Source of the DNA: a virus
Direction: 5' to 3' (one strand)
Virus record (IMG/VR): IMGVR_UViG_3300044981_000021
Location: 36,881 to 100,880 of that record
DNA: 64,000 bases
Shown here: positions 9,593-18,377 of the stretch, piece after piece
How the letters are laid out: every line of letters begins with the position of its first letter
How positions within the stretch are numbered: the stretch's first letter is position 1
Notes under the pieces: model-generated
Told to the model about the DNA's origin: nothing
Databases searched by the model: none
The model's input: only the letters and a program-made list of their open reading frames with translations
Made by a program: the position numbers and the translations under genes

Positions 9593-9829
9593 TCATTCAC
9601 AAACTCCAACTACTTGTTTCGTAACCGCATTGATTTCTTCGTGGAACTTCTTAGGATCGCATTCGCACACCATTCGCCCAAAGTTGTGGGTGCAGGTTTT
9701 AAACACCAGCACCCCATAGGGCACCGTCTTGGGTTTTTGGTGGGCACAGCCAACCATAACTATCAGCGAGAAGATGAGTAAACGCCGCACTTGATAAATT
9801 CTTCGTATTCTTTGGCTAGACGAGCACAA
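9593..9829 (-). CDS. Small lipoprotein-like protein (start probably near 9790)
   Basis: RRLLIFSLIVMVGC lipobox-like signal. Confidence 0.45.
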   Translation of the reverse strand: MCSSSQRIRRIYQVRRLLIFSLIVMVGCAHQKPKTVPYGVLVFKTCTHNFGRMVCECDPKKFHEEINAVTKQVVGVCE

Positions 9830-10374
9830 TCTTCGGCTAATCCGGGGTACCGCTTCTGAATCAGTGTATGGTGTTGCGTTACCTCAAAGCAATGTTCGCC
9901 CCGTTCTGCGATCACAAACACTTCGTACTTGAAAGTATCGCATTCCAGGATGTCGAGATACAGCCGCCACTGATAGCTCGCCATAAACCGATCCGCGTCG
10001 AATTGCGAGGTTGTTTTGTAGTCGGTTACTTCTTTTCCGTTCAGCCCATCCACCCTACCGCGAACCAAGATATTCCCGTATTGTTTTTCAATTGGCAACT
10101 CGTGAATCTCCAACTTTTCGATATTGGCATCGCAATTGAAGTCAAAACGGTAATCTCCCAATGCCAACGTCCCTAATTCTCCCTCGCTAGCGCGTTCTAG
10201 GGCCTCGTGGAACGCATTTCCCGCCTTCATGGCGTCTGTCTGCTCATCGGTACCCAAAAGTCGCGCCAGGAACACGGAAAGTGGCATATCCTCGTCGGTT
10301 TGCCACGTCCTAAAGAAGTCGAGATTAGAAACACTGATCCGTTCACCCAAAGATGGCTTCTGTAGTTGGGACAT
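9763..10374 (-). CDS. PD-(D/E)XK (RecB-like) exonuclease
   Basis: GNAFHEALE..RGRVDG..DYKTT..QWRLY; adjacent to the Sak4-like gene. Confidence 0.85.
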   Translation of the reverse strand: MSQLQKPSLGERISVSNLDFFRTWQTDEDMPLSVFLARLLGTDEQTDAMKAGNAFHEALERASEGELGTLALGDYRFDFNCDANIEKLEIHELPIEKQYGNILVRGRVDGLNGKEVTDYKTTSQFDADRFMASYQWRLYLDILECDTFKYEVFVIAERGEHCFEVTQHHTLIQKRYPGLAEDCARLAKEYEEFIKCGVYSSSR

Positions 10375-11269
10375 GGGCGGCTATTTTCCCTTCTTTTATC
10401 TCGTACAGGTTGCTTGTTTTGTTGTAGATGAAATCCAAATCCTTGGCTCGCTTGGCAGCTATGGCCTGAATGCTCTTTGGAGCCTTGCGAAGTTCGGCCA
10501 ATAGACTATTGAAATCGGCTACGGTTTTCAGCCCAGCAATTGTTTCTGCCCACTCAGTAAGCAGGCTTTGTGCTTCTTTCTGTTCCGCCGATTGATGGTT
10601 TATCCTTTCCTTCATTAAACGTATCGTAACCCCTAGTAAATCATGGTCATTTAAGGTGAAAGAAATTGGATCAAAACCACAGGGATTCTTACCAAAGGCG
10701 TTCTCGCGGGGAGAGAAATCAATGATGCGATCTTTGCCCCTGATAAAGATGCGGCCCATAGCATCTACCGACTTGTAAATCTCAGCTTTTGACCCACCTT
10801 GAACATCGAGCCGCTCGACAATATCATCTCCCGAACGCTGTTCGTCCATGTGGGCAATTAAAACAACGTCTTTACCGAACGTATTCAACATCTTAAGCCA
10901 TGCGGCGAAGCGAGATTTAAGTGCCCCGAAACCTTGTAAAGTCAACGCCCCGCCACGACCCAGCTTGGGATTGTCCGCGATAATATCGGCAGTCAGGTAA
11001 TCCAAGGTTCGTCCTGCGGTATCAACGATAATGGTCTTGTAGGGGGCTAGGTCGGCAGCCACGGGATCGGCAATGTCTGACCACGAAGAAACTTTAACCG
11101 TATCCTTGCGGTTAGATGCACGATGGGAACCGTGATCGGTATCAAGCAACAGCGGGTCATCGGCAGTATAGGCTAGGGTAGTTTTACCTAGTCCCGGCCC
11201 CGAATATATGCAGACGTTGACATGTTCAATTAACAGCGGTTCGGAAGATTTGGTGATTTTTAGCGTCAT
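10343..11269 (-). CDS. Sak4-like AAA_24 ATPase (single-strand annealing recombinase)
   Basis: IYSGPGLGKTT, LDTDHG, TIIVDT, VLIAH motifs. Confidence 0.85.
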   Translation of the reverse strand: MTLKITKSSEPLLIEHVNVCIYSGPGLGKTTLAYTADDPLLLDTDHGSHRASNRKDTVKVSSWSDIADPVAADLAPYKTIIVDTAGRTLDYLTADIIADNPKLGRGGALTLQGFGALKSRFAAWLKMLNTFGKDVVLIAHMDEQRSGDDIVERLDVQGGSKAEIYKSVDAMGRIFIRGKDRIIDFSPRENAFGKNPCGFDPISFTLNDHDLLGVTIRLMKERINHQSAEQKEAQSLLTEWAETIAGLKTVADFNSLLAELRKAPKSIQAIAAKRAKDLDFIYNKTSNLYEIKEGKIAAHVPTTEAIFG

Positions 11270-11271
11270 TT

Positions 11272-11763
11272 TTATTCTCCAGTCTCGATAAAATGGTCGA
11301 TGCGTTCACATGCGCGTTCAACTTGTTTTTGTGGCGATAGACGCTCAAACCCCGAAGCGAACTTACCCCAACCATCAATATAGAAAAGCAGGTTCGTGTC
11401 TTCGTAGTCTAGGCCAAGATATTCGGCTGCTATTTCTGGGGTGTCGTCACTAAAATTAAACACGGCTACTTCTCCGTCTTCAACGTCGTCCGAGAATATT
11501 GGTTCTATGAGTTTGCCCATTATTAGCGCCGACCCGGCCAAACATGCCATGGTATTACATGGCGGCTTTAATTTAAGAAATCGTTTTACGTTAAGATCGT
11601 AGTTTAGCGAATCGTCTTGGTCGATTAAGTCACAATGCGCAGTTAGCGCTTCCAGGTTTTTTACTACCGTTCCCCACCGTGACATATCAAACCTACGCGG
11701 CTCTTTGTGGATAAAAGTTTGTAGTTTGCGAAGTTTCTTGATTGTTTCTTTTGATGGTTTCAT
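11272..11763 (-). CDS. Hypothetical protein, paralog of 41702-42208
   Basis: LRK..I.KEPRR..M..W; PPCNT.ACLAG; ERIDHFIE. Confidence 0.7.
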   Translation of the reverse strand: MKPSKETIKKLRKLQTFIHKEPRRFDMSRWGTVVKNLEALTAHCDLIDQDDSLNYDLNVKRFLKLKPPCNTMACLAGSALIMGKLIEPIFSDDVEDGEVAVFNFSDDTPEIAAEYLGLDYEDTNLLFYIDGWGKFASGFERLSPQKQVERACERIDHFIETGE

Positions 11764-12323
11764 GCGACTCTCCTTTGTTTTCTTTCAAGTTGTTCCCACG
11801 CATTCAGGTAATTGATATAGTCGTGGCGCTTGGAATATGCCCCAGGTTTACGCCTATCCCGTAACGCGATGCACGTAGAGTCTTTCGGTTGCTTGTTCTT
11901 GGGGATGATTAAGAATCCTACAGGGGTAGACCAAATATAGAAATCTACCGCACTAGCCGGGGATCGCCTGATTGTCCAATAGGTATTCTTACCCAAAACC
12001 CGGCGAGAACTTGTAAACAACCCGCAGCGAAATCCGTTAATCAAAATTCGGCACTTCGATGGACGGAGATTGCCAAGGGCTACAGCTTCTACCTTGTATC
12101 CACGTTCTTGTGCCAAGGTAACAAACGGATGCGATGGTGGAATTTTTGATTCCTCAACCCGCCGCATCTTGCACCGTTCGCGACCCGTAAGACCAAAATA
12201 CTTGAAGTCGAGTTGCCTGATTCTCTCCCGCGAGCAGCCCATTATCCTAGCTACTTCGGTTGGCTTCACGCCATCATCGAGTAAACTCTTGATTCGTTCG
12301 TGGTCAAATTGTTTGTTGCTCAC
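11760..12323 (-). CDS. HTH-containing protein, possible degenerate homing nuclease
   Basis: PTEVARIMGCSRERIRQL HTH; VDFYIW..FLIIP; YLNAWEQL. Confidence 0.55.
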   Translation of the reverse strand: MSNKQFDHERIKSLLDDGVKPTEVARIMGCSRERIRQLDFKYFGLTGRERCKMRRVEESKIPPSHPFVTLAQERGYKVEAVALGNLRPSKCRILINGFRCGLFTSSRRVLGKNTYWTIRRSPASAVDFYIWSTPVGFLIIPKNKQPKDSTCIALRDRRKPGAYSKRHDYINYLNAWEQLERKQRRVA

Positions 12324-12497
12324 ATGTCCTCCAGTTTTAACATTCCGTAATTATGGCGAATTATTTCTTGCACTCACACCCACCAAACTTCATCACTAAG
12401 CGTTTCTAAACGGTTCTTGTCTAAACCATAGGTTTTCAATCTACGGTCGGCATGATCGCCAAGTATCCCCGTAGACCAAAGGAAAAACAGGCGCTCC

Positions 12498-12812
12498 CTA
12501 TAGCGTTGTGAGACGTTTGAGGAATGCTTTGGCAGTACCATTTAGTATCTCTCCTGTACTGAAACGATACACATTGAATCCTAGAATTGTAGCTTCGCGG
12601 TACTTTTCTAGGTCTTTCTCGTAGCCAGCACCCCTAGTATGCCTTCCGCGAGCGTAGATTCCACCTTCAATCTCGACAGCAACCAACGGCAAGATCAAGT
12701 AATCAAATCGCCACTTACGGGTCGGATGAAACTTGAACTCGGGTACAAAGTTATCAAATCCTAGTTCGCGAAGATGAATTTCTAATAATGTGTGCGCGGG
12801 CTGTTTACTCAT
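12498..12812 (-). CDS. DUF559/Vsr-like endonuclease
   Basis: EFKFHPTRKWRFDY..VEIEGG..GRH..DLEKY. Confidence 0.8.
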   Translation of the reverse strand: MSKQPAHTLLEIHLRELGFDNFVPEFKFHPTRKWRFDYLILPLVAVEIEGGIYARGRHTRGAGYEKDLEKYREATILGFNVYRFSTGEILNGTAKAFLKRLTTL

Positions 12813-13014
12813 GCTTCGAGCATACTAGCATTTCTTTGCTAATAGCCCAACCTACGCCACCGGGGTCATCTTTAACCTTCCACGCCCCTTCTTCGTTTTG
12901 GTAATGGTGGGCATTGGGAATGCGAGGATAGGCAATCTCCCGCCACTCCGTCACGATCCGTCTAGCCTTTTCCTTGGACCTGCTCGACTTCTTGCATATC
13001 CCGCAGATGAACAT
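12805..13014 (-). CDS. Small zinc-binding hypothetical protein
   Basis: MFICGIC...VCSKH with GGGG RBS. Confidence 0.55.
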   Translation of the reverse strand: MFICGICKKSSRSKEKARRIVTEWREIAYPRIPNAHHYQNEEGAWKVKDDPGGVGWAISKEMLVCSKHE

Positions 13015-13028
13015 CGTAAAAATCCCCC

Positions 13029-13433
13029 TTATGTAGACATTTCTACGAGTTCTTGTTTCCACTCGGATTGTTGACGGATGCGATCACGGCGGCGGAATTC
13101 TGCACGAATCATGGGTATCATAATGCGACGGCGAGTAGCGTCATCATCGGCAAGATACAGATAAGCATTTTCGGCCTCGTTGGCACCGATTAAATCTTTG
13201 GCGTGGTCGTAATGTGGAACCTCTCCATGCTTTAAAATGTCCATGTTTAGAACATTCTTTACTTCGTTTTTCAGGCTACGAGATTTTAGCGCATGATCGG
13301 CGGTAGAAATGCCAATAAAACAGCAGCAACTAAAATACGCCAATTTGCCGTCTTGGGCATGTACCAAGAGTTGAGCTAGGCGTTCATCAGTATAATGTCT
13401 TTGCATGAAATCTCTGATTGGTTGTTTGTTCAT
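13029..13433 (-). CDS. Hypothetical protein
   Basis: Start at MNKQPIRD after the GGGAGAAGGA RBS. Confidence 0.6.
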   Translation of the reverse strand: MNKQPIRDFMQRHYTDERLAQLLVHAQDGKLAYFSCCCFIGISTADHALKSRSLKNEVKNVLNMDILKHGEVPHYDHAKDLIGANEAENAYLYLADDDATRRRIMIPMIRAEFRRRDRIRQQSEWKQELVEMST

Positions 13434-13485
13434 TTTCCTTCTCCCTTCGGAAAAATTGGGGCGAGCATTGCACTCGCCCGCAGGC

Positions 13486-13944
13486 TTATGCAACTTCTTG
13501 AAATGAATGAGTGGGTATGTCGGTACTGGTTTCTGTAACGACATTGCGGAACCGCTCCAAAAAGGCGATGCTTTGGTTGAGTTCGCTGATTTGGGATTGA
13601 AGGTTCTCAACTTCCGTCTTTTTGCCGTAAATCATGGTATCGAGCTTGGTGGCAAATTGCGATGGGTTGTTGAGCAGTTCGATGAGCGGGTTGACCTTCG
13701 CTTTGTTGTACGGTCCACGAGAAGTACGTTTAACGTAGGTCCGCGACTTTGCGACGGTTTCTTTGTGGGATACCTTGCCGAGCCTGTATGCCTTAGACCC
13801 TGTGCTTGTTCCTGAGACGCCGTGTTGCAATCGGTGAGTGCCCAATTTGGGACGCTTGTCGAAAGTCGTGCGCTTCCCGTCTGCGGCACATTCAGGACAT
13901 GGAAACGGCGGTCCCTGAATTTCGTTGGTTGAAATGTGATTCAT
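13486..13944 (-). CDS. C2H2-finger, basic and coiled-coil protein
   Basis: CPEC..F..L..HRLQH; contains the 13725 palindrome. Confidence 0.6.
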   Translation of the reverse strand: MNHISTNEIQGPPFPCPECAADGKRTTFDKRPKLGTHRLQHGVSGTSTGSKAYRLGKVSHKETVAKSRTYVKRTSRGPYNKAKVNPLIELLNNPSQFATKLDTMIYGKKTEVENLQSQISELNQSIAFLERFRNVVTETSTDIPTHSFQEVA

Positions 13945-13991
13945 TGATTTTCTCTCTCCTGTGCAAGTTGCACATTAACTCAGATGAAGAG

Positions 13992-14020
13992 AGATTAAAC
14001 AGCGATTCATTATTTGTCAA
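13992..14020 (-). promoter_or_regulatory. Sigma70-like promoter for the replication/recombination operon
   Basis: TTGACA-17 nt-TAATCT. Confidence 0.6.
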
Positions 14021-14026
14021 GAGATT

Positions 14027-14113
14027 TGGTCCTGGCAGCAGGAGTTCAACCCGCACGCCCATTACGAGCACTGCATCCTAAGTGCAGCGTGTCTAGCATT
14101 CCACCATGCCGGG
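14027..14113 (-). tRNA. tRNA-Leu(TAG)
   Basis: CTGCA-CTTAGGA-TGCAG, long V arm, A73-CCA; T loop TTGAACT. Confidence 0.85.
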
Positions 14114-14115
14114 AC

Positions 14116-14199
14116 TGGTGCCCATGGAGCGATTTGCACGCTCACGCCTTGCGGCAGCGGGTCTTAAATCCGCCGTGTATCCTATTCCACCACATGGGC
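14116..14199 (-). tRNA. tRNA-Leu(TAA)
   Basis: GCGGA-TTTAAGA-CCCGC, V arm with GCAA loop, CCA. Confidence 0.85.
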
Positions 14200-14205
14200 A
14201 AAATC

Positions 14206-14294
14206 TGGTGCATTGGGAGAGATTTCAACTCTCATTACCCGTAGGGTAGATCGTTTTACAGACGATTGCGACCAAGCGTATTCGCCTCCAATGC
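14206..14294 (-). tRNA. tRNA-Tyr(GTA)
   Basis: ATCGT-CTGTAAA-ACGAT, long V arm, CCA. Confidence 0.85.
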
Positions 14295-14295
14295 A

Positions 14296-14381
14296 TGGAG
14301 GAAGGTAGAGGAGTTTAACCCCCATCCCCGTAGGGAGCGACTGGGTTCAGGCCAGTTTGACACACGGTGTCCGTACCTTCC
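14296..14381 (-). tRNA. Atypical tRNA-Ser(TGA)
   Basis: ACTGG-CCTGAAC-CCAGT, long V arm, GACAC/GTGTC D stem with 3-nt loop, U73-CCA. Confidence 0.75.
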
Positions 14382-14382
14382 A

Positions 14383-14470
14383 TGGCGGAGAATATGCGAG
14401 TCGAACGCATTCGCCCCTTGCGGGTGCTCTTGTTTAGCAGACAAGCCCCTTGCCGTCCGGGTCATTCTCC
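14383..14470 (-). tRNA. tRNA-Ser(GCT)
   Basis: CTTGT-CTGCTAA-ACAAG, long V arm, TTCGACT, G73-CCA. Confidence 0.9.
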
Positions 14471-14872
14471 GATAATAAATTCTTTATATTTATTGCCTAC
14501 AACAATCATCCATTTGTTGCCCTTTAATTTACCGTAGGGAATTTCATAACAGTCGCCATCGTTGGTGACCACAAACAACACGTCCGCCGCGTTTACGTTA
14601 AACGTGGCATATCTAGCCTTACCGTCGGCCCGCATTGATGTTGAGCACAAACGAACAACCCACTTAATTCCACGCTTGCCAATTTTCTTTTGGCAGGTAA
14701 CTCGTACTTGTATTCGAGAAAATTTTCCATGCGCAAAAACCACAAGATCGAACGGCTGACTATCGGTCAACGGTATGCATACGGTATGGCCTAGCGATGT
14801 ATAGTGGGCGATGGCCACACCTATACCGTGGTCGCCTTTTTGTTTCGAGCCTCGATGTTCATTTGGCTTCAT
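14462..14872 (-). CDS. PD-(D/E)XK homing endonuclease (I-Ssp6803I/PDDEXK_5-like)
   Basis: KQKGD.G...VCIPLTDSQPFDLVV..RIQVR..CYEIP. Confidence 0.8.
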   Translation of the reverse strand: MKPNEHRGSKQKGDHGIGVAIAHYTSLGHTVCIPLTDSQPFDLVVFAHGKFSRIQVRVTCQKKIGKRGIKWVVRLCSTSMRADGKARYATFNVNAADVLFVVTNDGDCYEIPYGKLKGNKWMIVVGNKYKEFIIGE

Positions 14873-14895
14873 ATCGTTAATCTAACATCTAATCT

Positions 14896-14983
14896 TGGTC
14901 CGGCCTCTCGGACTCGAACCGAGAATGCTTTTTAGGGCGGATGATCTTGAGCCATCTGCGGCTTCCAGTTTCGCCAAGGCCGG
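14896..14983 (-). tRNA. tRNA-Leu(CAA)
   Basis: GATGG-CTCAAGA-TCATC, TTCGAGT, A73-CCA. Confidence 0.9.
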
Positions 14984-15005
14984 ATAAATTGTTATAGGGA
15001 TAAAC

Positions 15006-15318
15006 TATACGACAGCCATGAACGGCTGAGGTTCGAGAGTCGCAATGAGCGTAGAAGAGTCATTGGGGTTACTATGACCGCGCCGATTGCTGTCATGTGA
15101 ATCAGCGCAGACCGTGCATCATTGGCGATTGACCTATCCTCGCGAAAGCCATCTGAGACTTGAATTCCCGTTTCGCTTAACTCAATGTGACAGCCCATTA
15201 TAGAGTTAATGTCGGCACCCTTTACTCTCAGCCGCCTCGGGTGCGAAATGTCCGGTGAAGCAATCGTTCGGTCGTACAGGTCTTTCTATTGGGTGGAATG
15301 TCTATCGCGACGTTCCGC
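15006..15318 (-). ncRNA. Candidate ~300-nt structured ncRNA (strand inferred from the tRNA operon)
   Basis: Long-range TACGAC/GTCGTA closing stem plus several hairpins; no credible ORF. Confidence 0.45.
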
Positions 15319-15327
15319 GTTTAAAAT

Positions 15328-15402
15328 TGGGAGCAGGTACCGGATTTGCACCGGGTCTAAGCGTTATGAGCGCTTCGTATTGTCCTGCGCTACTAACCTG
15401 CT
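15328..15402 (-). tRNA. tRNA-Met/Ile2(CAT)
   Basis: AAGCG-CTCATAA-CGCTT, T loop TGCAAAT, CCA. Confidence 0.8.
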
Positions 15403-15441
15403 TCGATGATTAAAGCATGAGCGCGGGACGCGAGTCAAGTT

Positions 15442-16005
15442 TTATTCCGTGTCGAACTCAACCATTTCTTCGCCCTTGAATTTTACTTGTTGAAGAATTT
15501 CTAGTGGAATCAATCCATTCCTATATGCGACGATTACGCGATATTCTTCGAGTTTCAACTGACCCTTGAGTTTGTTGCACTCTAGGCAACAAGGAACTTT
15601 GAGTTTTCCGCCAAGACTTCGGGGCGTAACGTGGTCCTTGGTCCTAATAGCGTCCTTGGTGCAGTCTGTCATGTCCCGTCCGCAGTAAAAGCAACTGCTG
15701 TAATACTGCCGTGGCGTGATATTCGGGAAAAGCTTAATTCCAGGAATTTTGGGGGCCGATAACTGTATCGACTTAGGTTTTTTATCAGGAGCTAGGCGAA
15801 TAAGGTGTTTTTCGCCAACGGTATGCGGAAGTACACAGGTTCCGTTCGGAGCAACACATTCTACTGGTTCTACCGAAATACCGCCACGGGGAACATTTCC
15901 AAAATGATATTGGAAGCGTTGATCGGCTTCTGTGATATCTTCGGCATCACAGGCAAGAATAATCTTGCCCCCGCTATAGCGGTCGCGATAGATGTAGTGC
16001 TTCAT
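15442..16005 (-). CDS. HNH endonuclease with extra N-terminal domain
   Basis: CFYCG..TKDHVTPRSLGG..CCLECNKLKG. Confidence 0.85.
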   Translation of the reverse strand: MKHYIYRDRYSGGKIILACDAEDITEADQRFQYHFGNVPRGGISVEPVECVAPNGTCVLPHTVGEKHLIRLAPDKKPKSIQLSAPKIPGIKLFPNITPRQYYSSCFYCGRDMTDCTKDAIRTKDHVTPRSLGGKLKVPCCLECNKLKGQLKLEEYRVIVAYRNGLIPLEILQQVKFKGEEMVEFDTE

Positions 16006-16014
16006 GGTTGGGCT

Positions 16015-16043
16015 AGGTTAATTTATGGTCAGCGGCAAGTCAA
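16015..16043 (-). promoter_or_regulatory. Sigma70-like promoter of the HNH gene
   Basis: TTGACT-17 nt-TAACCT. Confidence 0.45.
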
Positions 16044-16177
16044 GTTTCTCGCTTTAACATTTTAGTTATAACGCCATCGTTATTTTTACAACCTGAGCTA
16101 TTTTGCTCAGTATTGGCTCCCCAAACTTTATAGCCTTGTCACAGATCGTGACATTCCAACCAAGAGAGGAAAACACA

Positions 16178-16447
16178 ATGAACGTGCAAACACTGGCTGA
16201 AATCATCGAAAACCTGAGAGCGCAAGGCAAAGCATTCAACGAAGCCGCCGATACGCTTCAGGACAACAGGGGAAACCAGCAGAACGGAAATGGCCGCGCT
16301 AACGGCTTTTTAAGGCTGCCTCCACACGGAAACGCTGGGCGGCACATGAGCGCGGAGACTCGCAAGAAAATGTCGGCATCGCAGAAGGCGCGACATGCTT
16401 CCAAGCATATCCCTGCGATAGTGTCGGTTGATGATATGGTTGCCTAG
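16178..16447 (+). CDS. Small coiled-coil protein with a NUMOD3-like DNA-binding motif
   Basis: GAGAGGA RBS; GRHMSAETRKKMSASQKARH. Confidence 0.65.
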   Translation: MNVQTLAEIIENLRAQGKAFNEAADTLQDNRGNQQNGNGRANGFLRLPPHGNAGRHMSAETRKKMSASQKARHASKHIPAIVSVDDMVA

Positions 16448-16593
16448 GCAACTAATTCATCTTCGGGTTCTGGCGTAGGTATGTATTCATCGTATCCGCC
16501 CCAGAACCCGTCGTCCTTTGCGACAGGGGGTGCGTAGGACCACAGGATGATCCACGCTAGGATTAGGGCAACGGTGATTAGGTAGGCAAGCAT
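16444..16593 (-). CDS. 49-aa single-pass membrane protein
   Basis: MLAYLITVALILAWIILWSY..EDELVA*. Confidence 0.45.
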   Translation of the reverse strand: MLAYLITVALILAWIILWSYAPPVAKDDGFWGGYDEYIPTPEPEDELVA

Positions 16594-16597
16594 AAAA

Positions 16598-16672
16598 TGG
16601 TCGGGGTAGCTGATTCTGCCACAGCAACCCCTCGGTCCCAGGCCGAGTGCTCTGCTTTTGAGCTATACCCCG
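16598..16672 (-). tRNA. tRNA-Pro(TGG), atypical T arm
   Basis: CTCGG-CCTGGGA-CCGAG, C1-G72, A73-CCA. Confidence 0.8.
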
Positions 16673-16677
16673 AAATT

Positions 16678-16753
16678 TGGTGGGACGGGCCAGAATCGGA
16701 CTGGCTACCACATGGGCTTCAGCCATGCACTCTACCGGCGAGTTCCACGTCCC
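16678..16753 (-). tRNA. tRNA-Phe(GAA)
   Basis: CATGG-CTGAAGC-CCATG, CCA. Confidence 0.85.
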
Positions 16754-16807
16754 AAAATATTTTAGTGCGCTTGATAAAGTTTACGCAACCACGTCATAAT
16801 AACACTT

Positions 16808-17347
16808 ATGAAGATAGCCATCCATCATGGTAAACGCCGCAAACTTTATGAAACAAATTGCCAACACTGCAAGATATCGTTTTATACGCCAAAACATAAA
16901 CTAGACAAACAGTTGTCAAAGTATTGCTCCTTGCCGTGTTTCCACGCGGCCTCACGAACGGCAACAATAAAACCGTGCGCCATATGCGAAAAACAAATCA
17001 CGAGAACTCTAACGGCCTTGTCGCGATGCAAAAGTGGCCTATTTTTCTGCTCACGTAAATGTAAATCCATAGGCCAAAGATTTGAAAATACAACCATGGC
17101 CGCCTGCCATCCTGCGCATTACAAGGATGGTTCTTCGGCCTACGGTAGAATTGCGATTCGCCACCACGGTAATCACTGCAATCGTTGTGGCTACAAAGAA
17201 CATATTGAAATACTCCGCACTCACCATAAAGACAGAAATAGCGAAAACAACTTGCCGGATAACCTTGAGCGCTTATGCCCAAATTGTCACGAAACTGAAC
17301 ATTTTTTAGCGGGCGATGGTGTTTATACTGGACACAAACGCCACTAG
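16808..17347 (+). CDS. HNH endonuclease with Cys-rich repeats
   Basis: CxxC..YCS..C repeats; HHKDRNSENNLPDNLERLCPNCH. Confidence 0.9.
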   Translation: MKIAIHHGKRRKLYETNCQHCKISFYTPKHKLDKQLSKYCSLPCFHAASRTATIKPCAICEKQITRTLTALSRCKSGLFFCSRKCKSIGQRFENTTMAACHPAHYKDGSSAYGRIAIRHHGNHCNRCGYKEHIEILRTHHKDRNSENNLPDNLERLCPNCHETEHFLAGDGVYTGHKRH

Positions 17348-17363
17348 CTCACTGCTCAAAATT

Positions 17364-17438
17364 TGGTGGAGGCGCGGAGAGTCGAACTCCGGATACTTGG
17401 TTGCAGGCCAAGTGTGTTCCCGCTAGCACTACGCCCCC
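17364..17438 (-). tRNA. tRNA-Ala(TGC)
   Basis: G3:U70, CTTGG-CCTGCAA-CCAAG, CCA. Confidence 0.9.
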
Positions 17439-17440
17439 AT

Positions 17441-17516
17441 TGGGGTATACGAGGAGGGTCGAACTCCCTAAAGACTGTTCCACAGACAGTCGCCGCACCG
17501 TTTGGCTTCGCATACC
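17441..17516 (-). tRNA. tRNA-His(GTG)
   Basis: G-1:C73, ACTGT-CTGTGGA-ACAGT. Confidence 0.9.
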
Positions 17517-17522
17517 ATAACT

Positions 17523-17597
17523 TGGAGCTGAACGTCAGGCTTCAACTGACATCTCCGAATTCACAAGATTCGTGTTCTGGTTTTGAACTAGTTCAGC
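17523..17597 (-). tRNA. tRNA-Thr(TGT)
   Basis: CGAAT-CTTGTGA-ATTCG, CCA. Confidence 0.85.
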
Positions 17598-18293
17598 AAT
17601 TTCTCTAAATTCTCTTGTCCGTCTTTTCTTTCGCCTAGAAGCACTTGCTTGTTTATTTCGTGATCGAAACGTGGGCGTCAAGGCGTGGCAATTAGGGCAT
17701 AGCAATTTCAGGTTTTCGTCCTTATTGTTGTCGGCGTCTCCGTTGATATGTTCTATTTCTAGGGGTATTGGTTTTTGCAGCCACTCGGTCAAGCCGCAAC
17801 TTTCGCACCGATACCCACGAGTTCTAAATAAATATCCACGTAATGCATGACTAGTCCTAGCCGTTTCGGGAGAAGTGGTTAGACAATAAATCCGCATTCC
17901 GTAACACGAATTACAGAATTTCCTATGCGTCGAGCACGGCGTTCCACAATGTTCACACTGTCCGGACGTGAGTGCTCGCTTGCGGCGATGTTTTAAGTAA
18001 CACGCCCGACTACACGACCGCTGCTTTCGCTTCTCGTATGACATCTTTTCGCCACAATAAATACAACGCTTATTAGCAGCTTTTTCTCTAGCCGCCAAGG
18101 AAATCCCAACTCTAAATGCAGTCAATTTGTCTTTGGCTGCCAACCATCCGATGCGCCCAACATCTTCCCTCGACATTATCGGCTGTTCCCGTGGATCGTT
18201 TGTGTATATTCTTCGTGTTGTTTTTAAGGTGCGATCCCGATTCTTGTAATACCACCTGCGACGAGCCGCACGCCTTTTATCTTGGTTGCGCAT
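17535..18293 (-). CDS. HNH endonuclease
   Basis: CESCG..LEIEHINGDADNNKDENLKLLCPNCH; C-terminus overlaps tRNA-Thr(TGT). Confidence 0.9.
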   Translation of the reverse strand: MRNQDKRRAARRRWYYKNRDRTLKTTRRIYTNDPREQPIMSREDVGRIGWLAAKDKLTAFRVGISLAAREKAANKRCIYCGEKMSYEKRKQRSCSRACYLKHRRKRALTSGQCEHCGTPCSTHRKFCNSCYGMRIYCLTTSPETARTSHALRGYLFRTRGYRCESCGLTEWLQKPIPLEIEHINGDADNNKDENLKLLCPNCHALTPTFRSRNKQASASRRKKRRTREFREIAELVQNQNTNLVNSEMSVEA

Positions 18294-18301
18294 ATAAATG
18301 T

Positions 18302-18375
18302 TGGAGCCAAGAATACGAATCGGACGTATGCTTCGGTCGTACCAGGACCGCGTACTGCCACTATACGATCAAGGC
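18302..18375 (-). tRNA. tRNA-Thr(GGT)
   Basis: CGGTC-CTGGTAC-GACCG; two U-U mismatches in the acceptor stem; CCA. Confidence 0.8.
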
Positions 18376-18377
18376 TC

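Noticed and set aside
9763-10374. Cas4
   Set aside because: Lacks the four Fe-S cysteines, and pairing with a Sak4-like ATPase indicates a recombination exonuclease
14296-14381. tRNA-Sec (selC)
   Set aside because: The anticodon on the coding (-) strand is TGA, not TCA; the TTCA seen on the + strand is its complement
14462-14872. Group I intron in a tRNA gene carrying the PD-(D/E)XK nuclease
   Set aside because: Both flanking tRNAs are complete and there is no room for intron core elements; the nuclease is free-standing
15006-15278. Retron msr-msd
   Set aside because: Terminal inverted repeats are present, but there is no reverse transcriptase in the window
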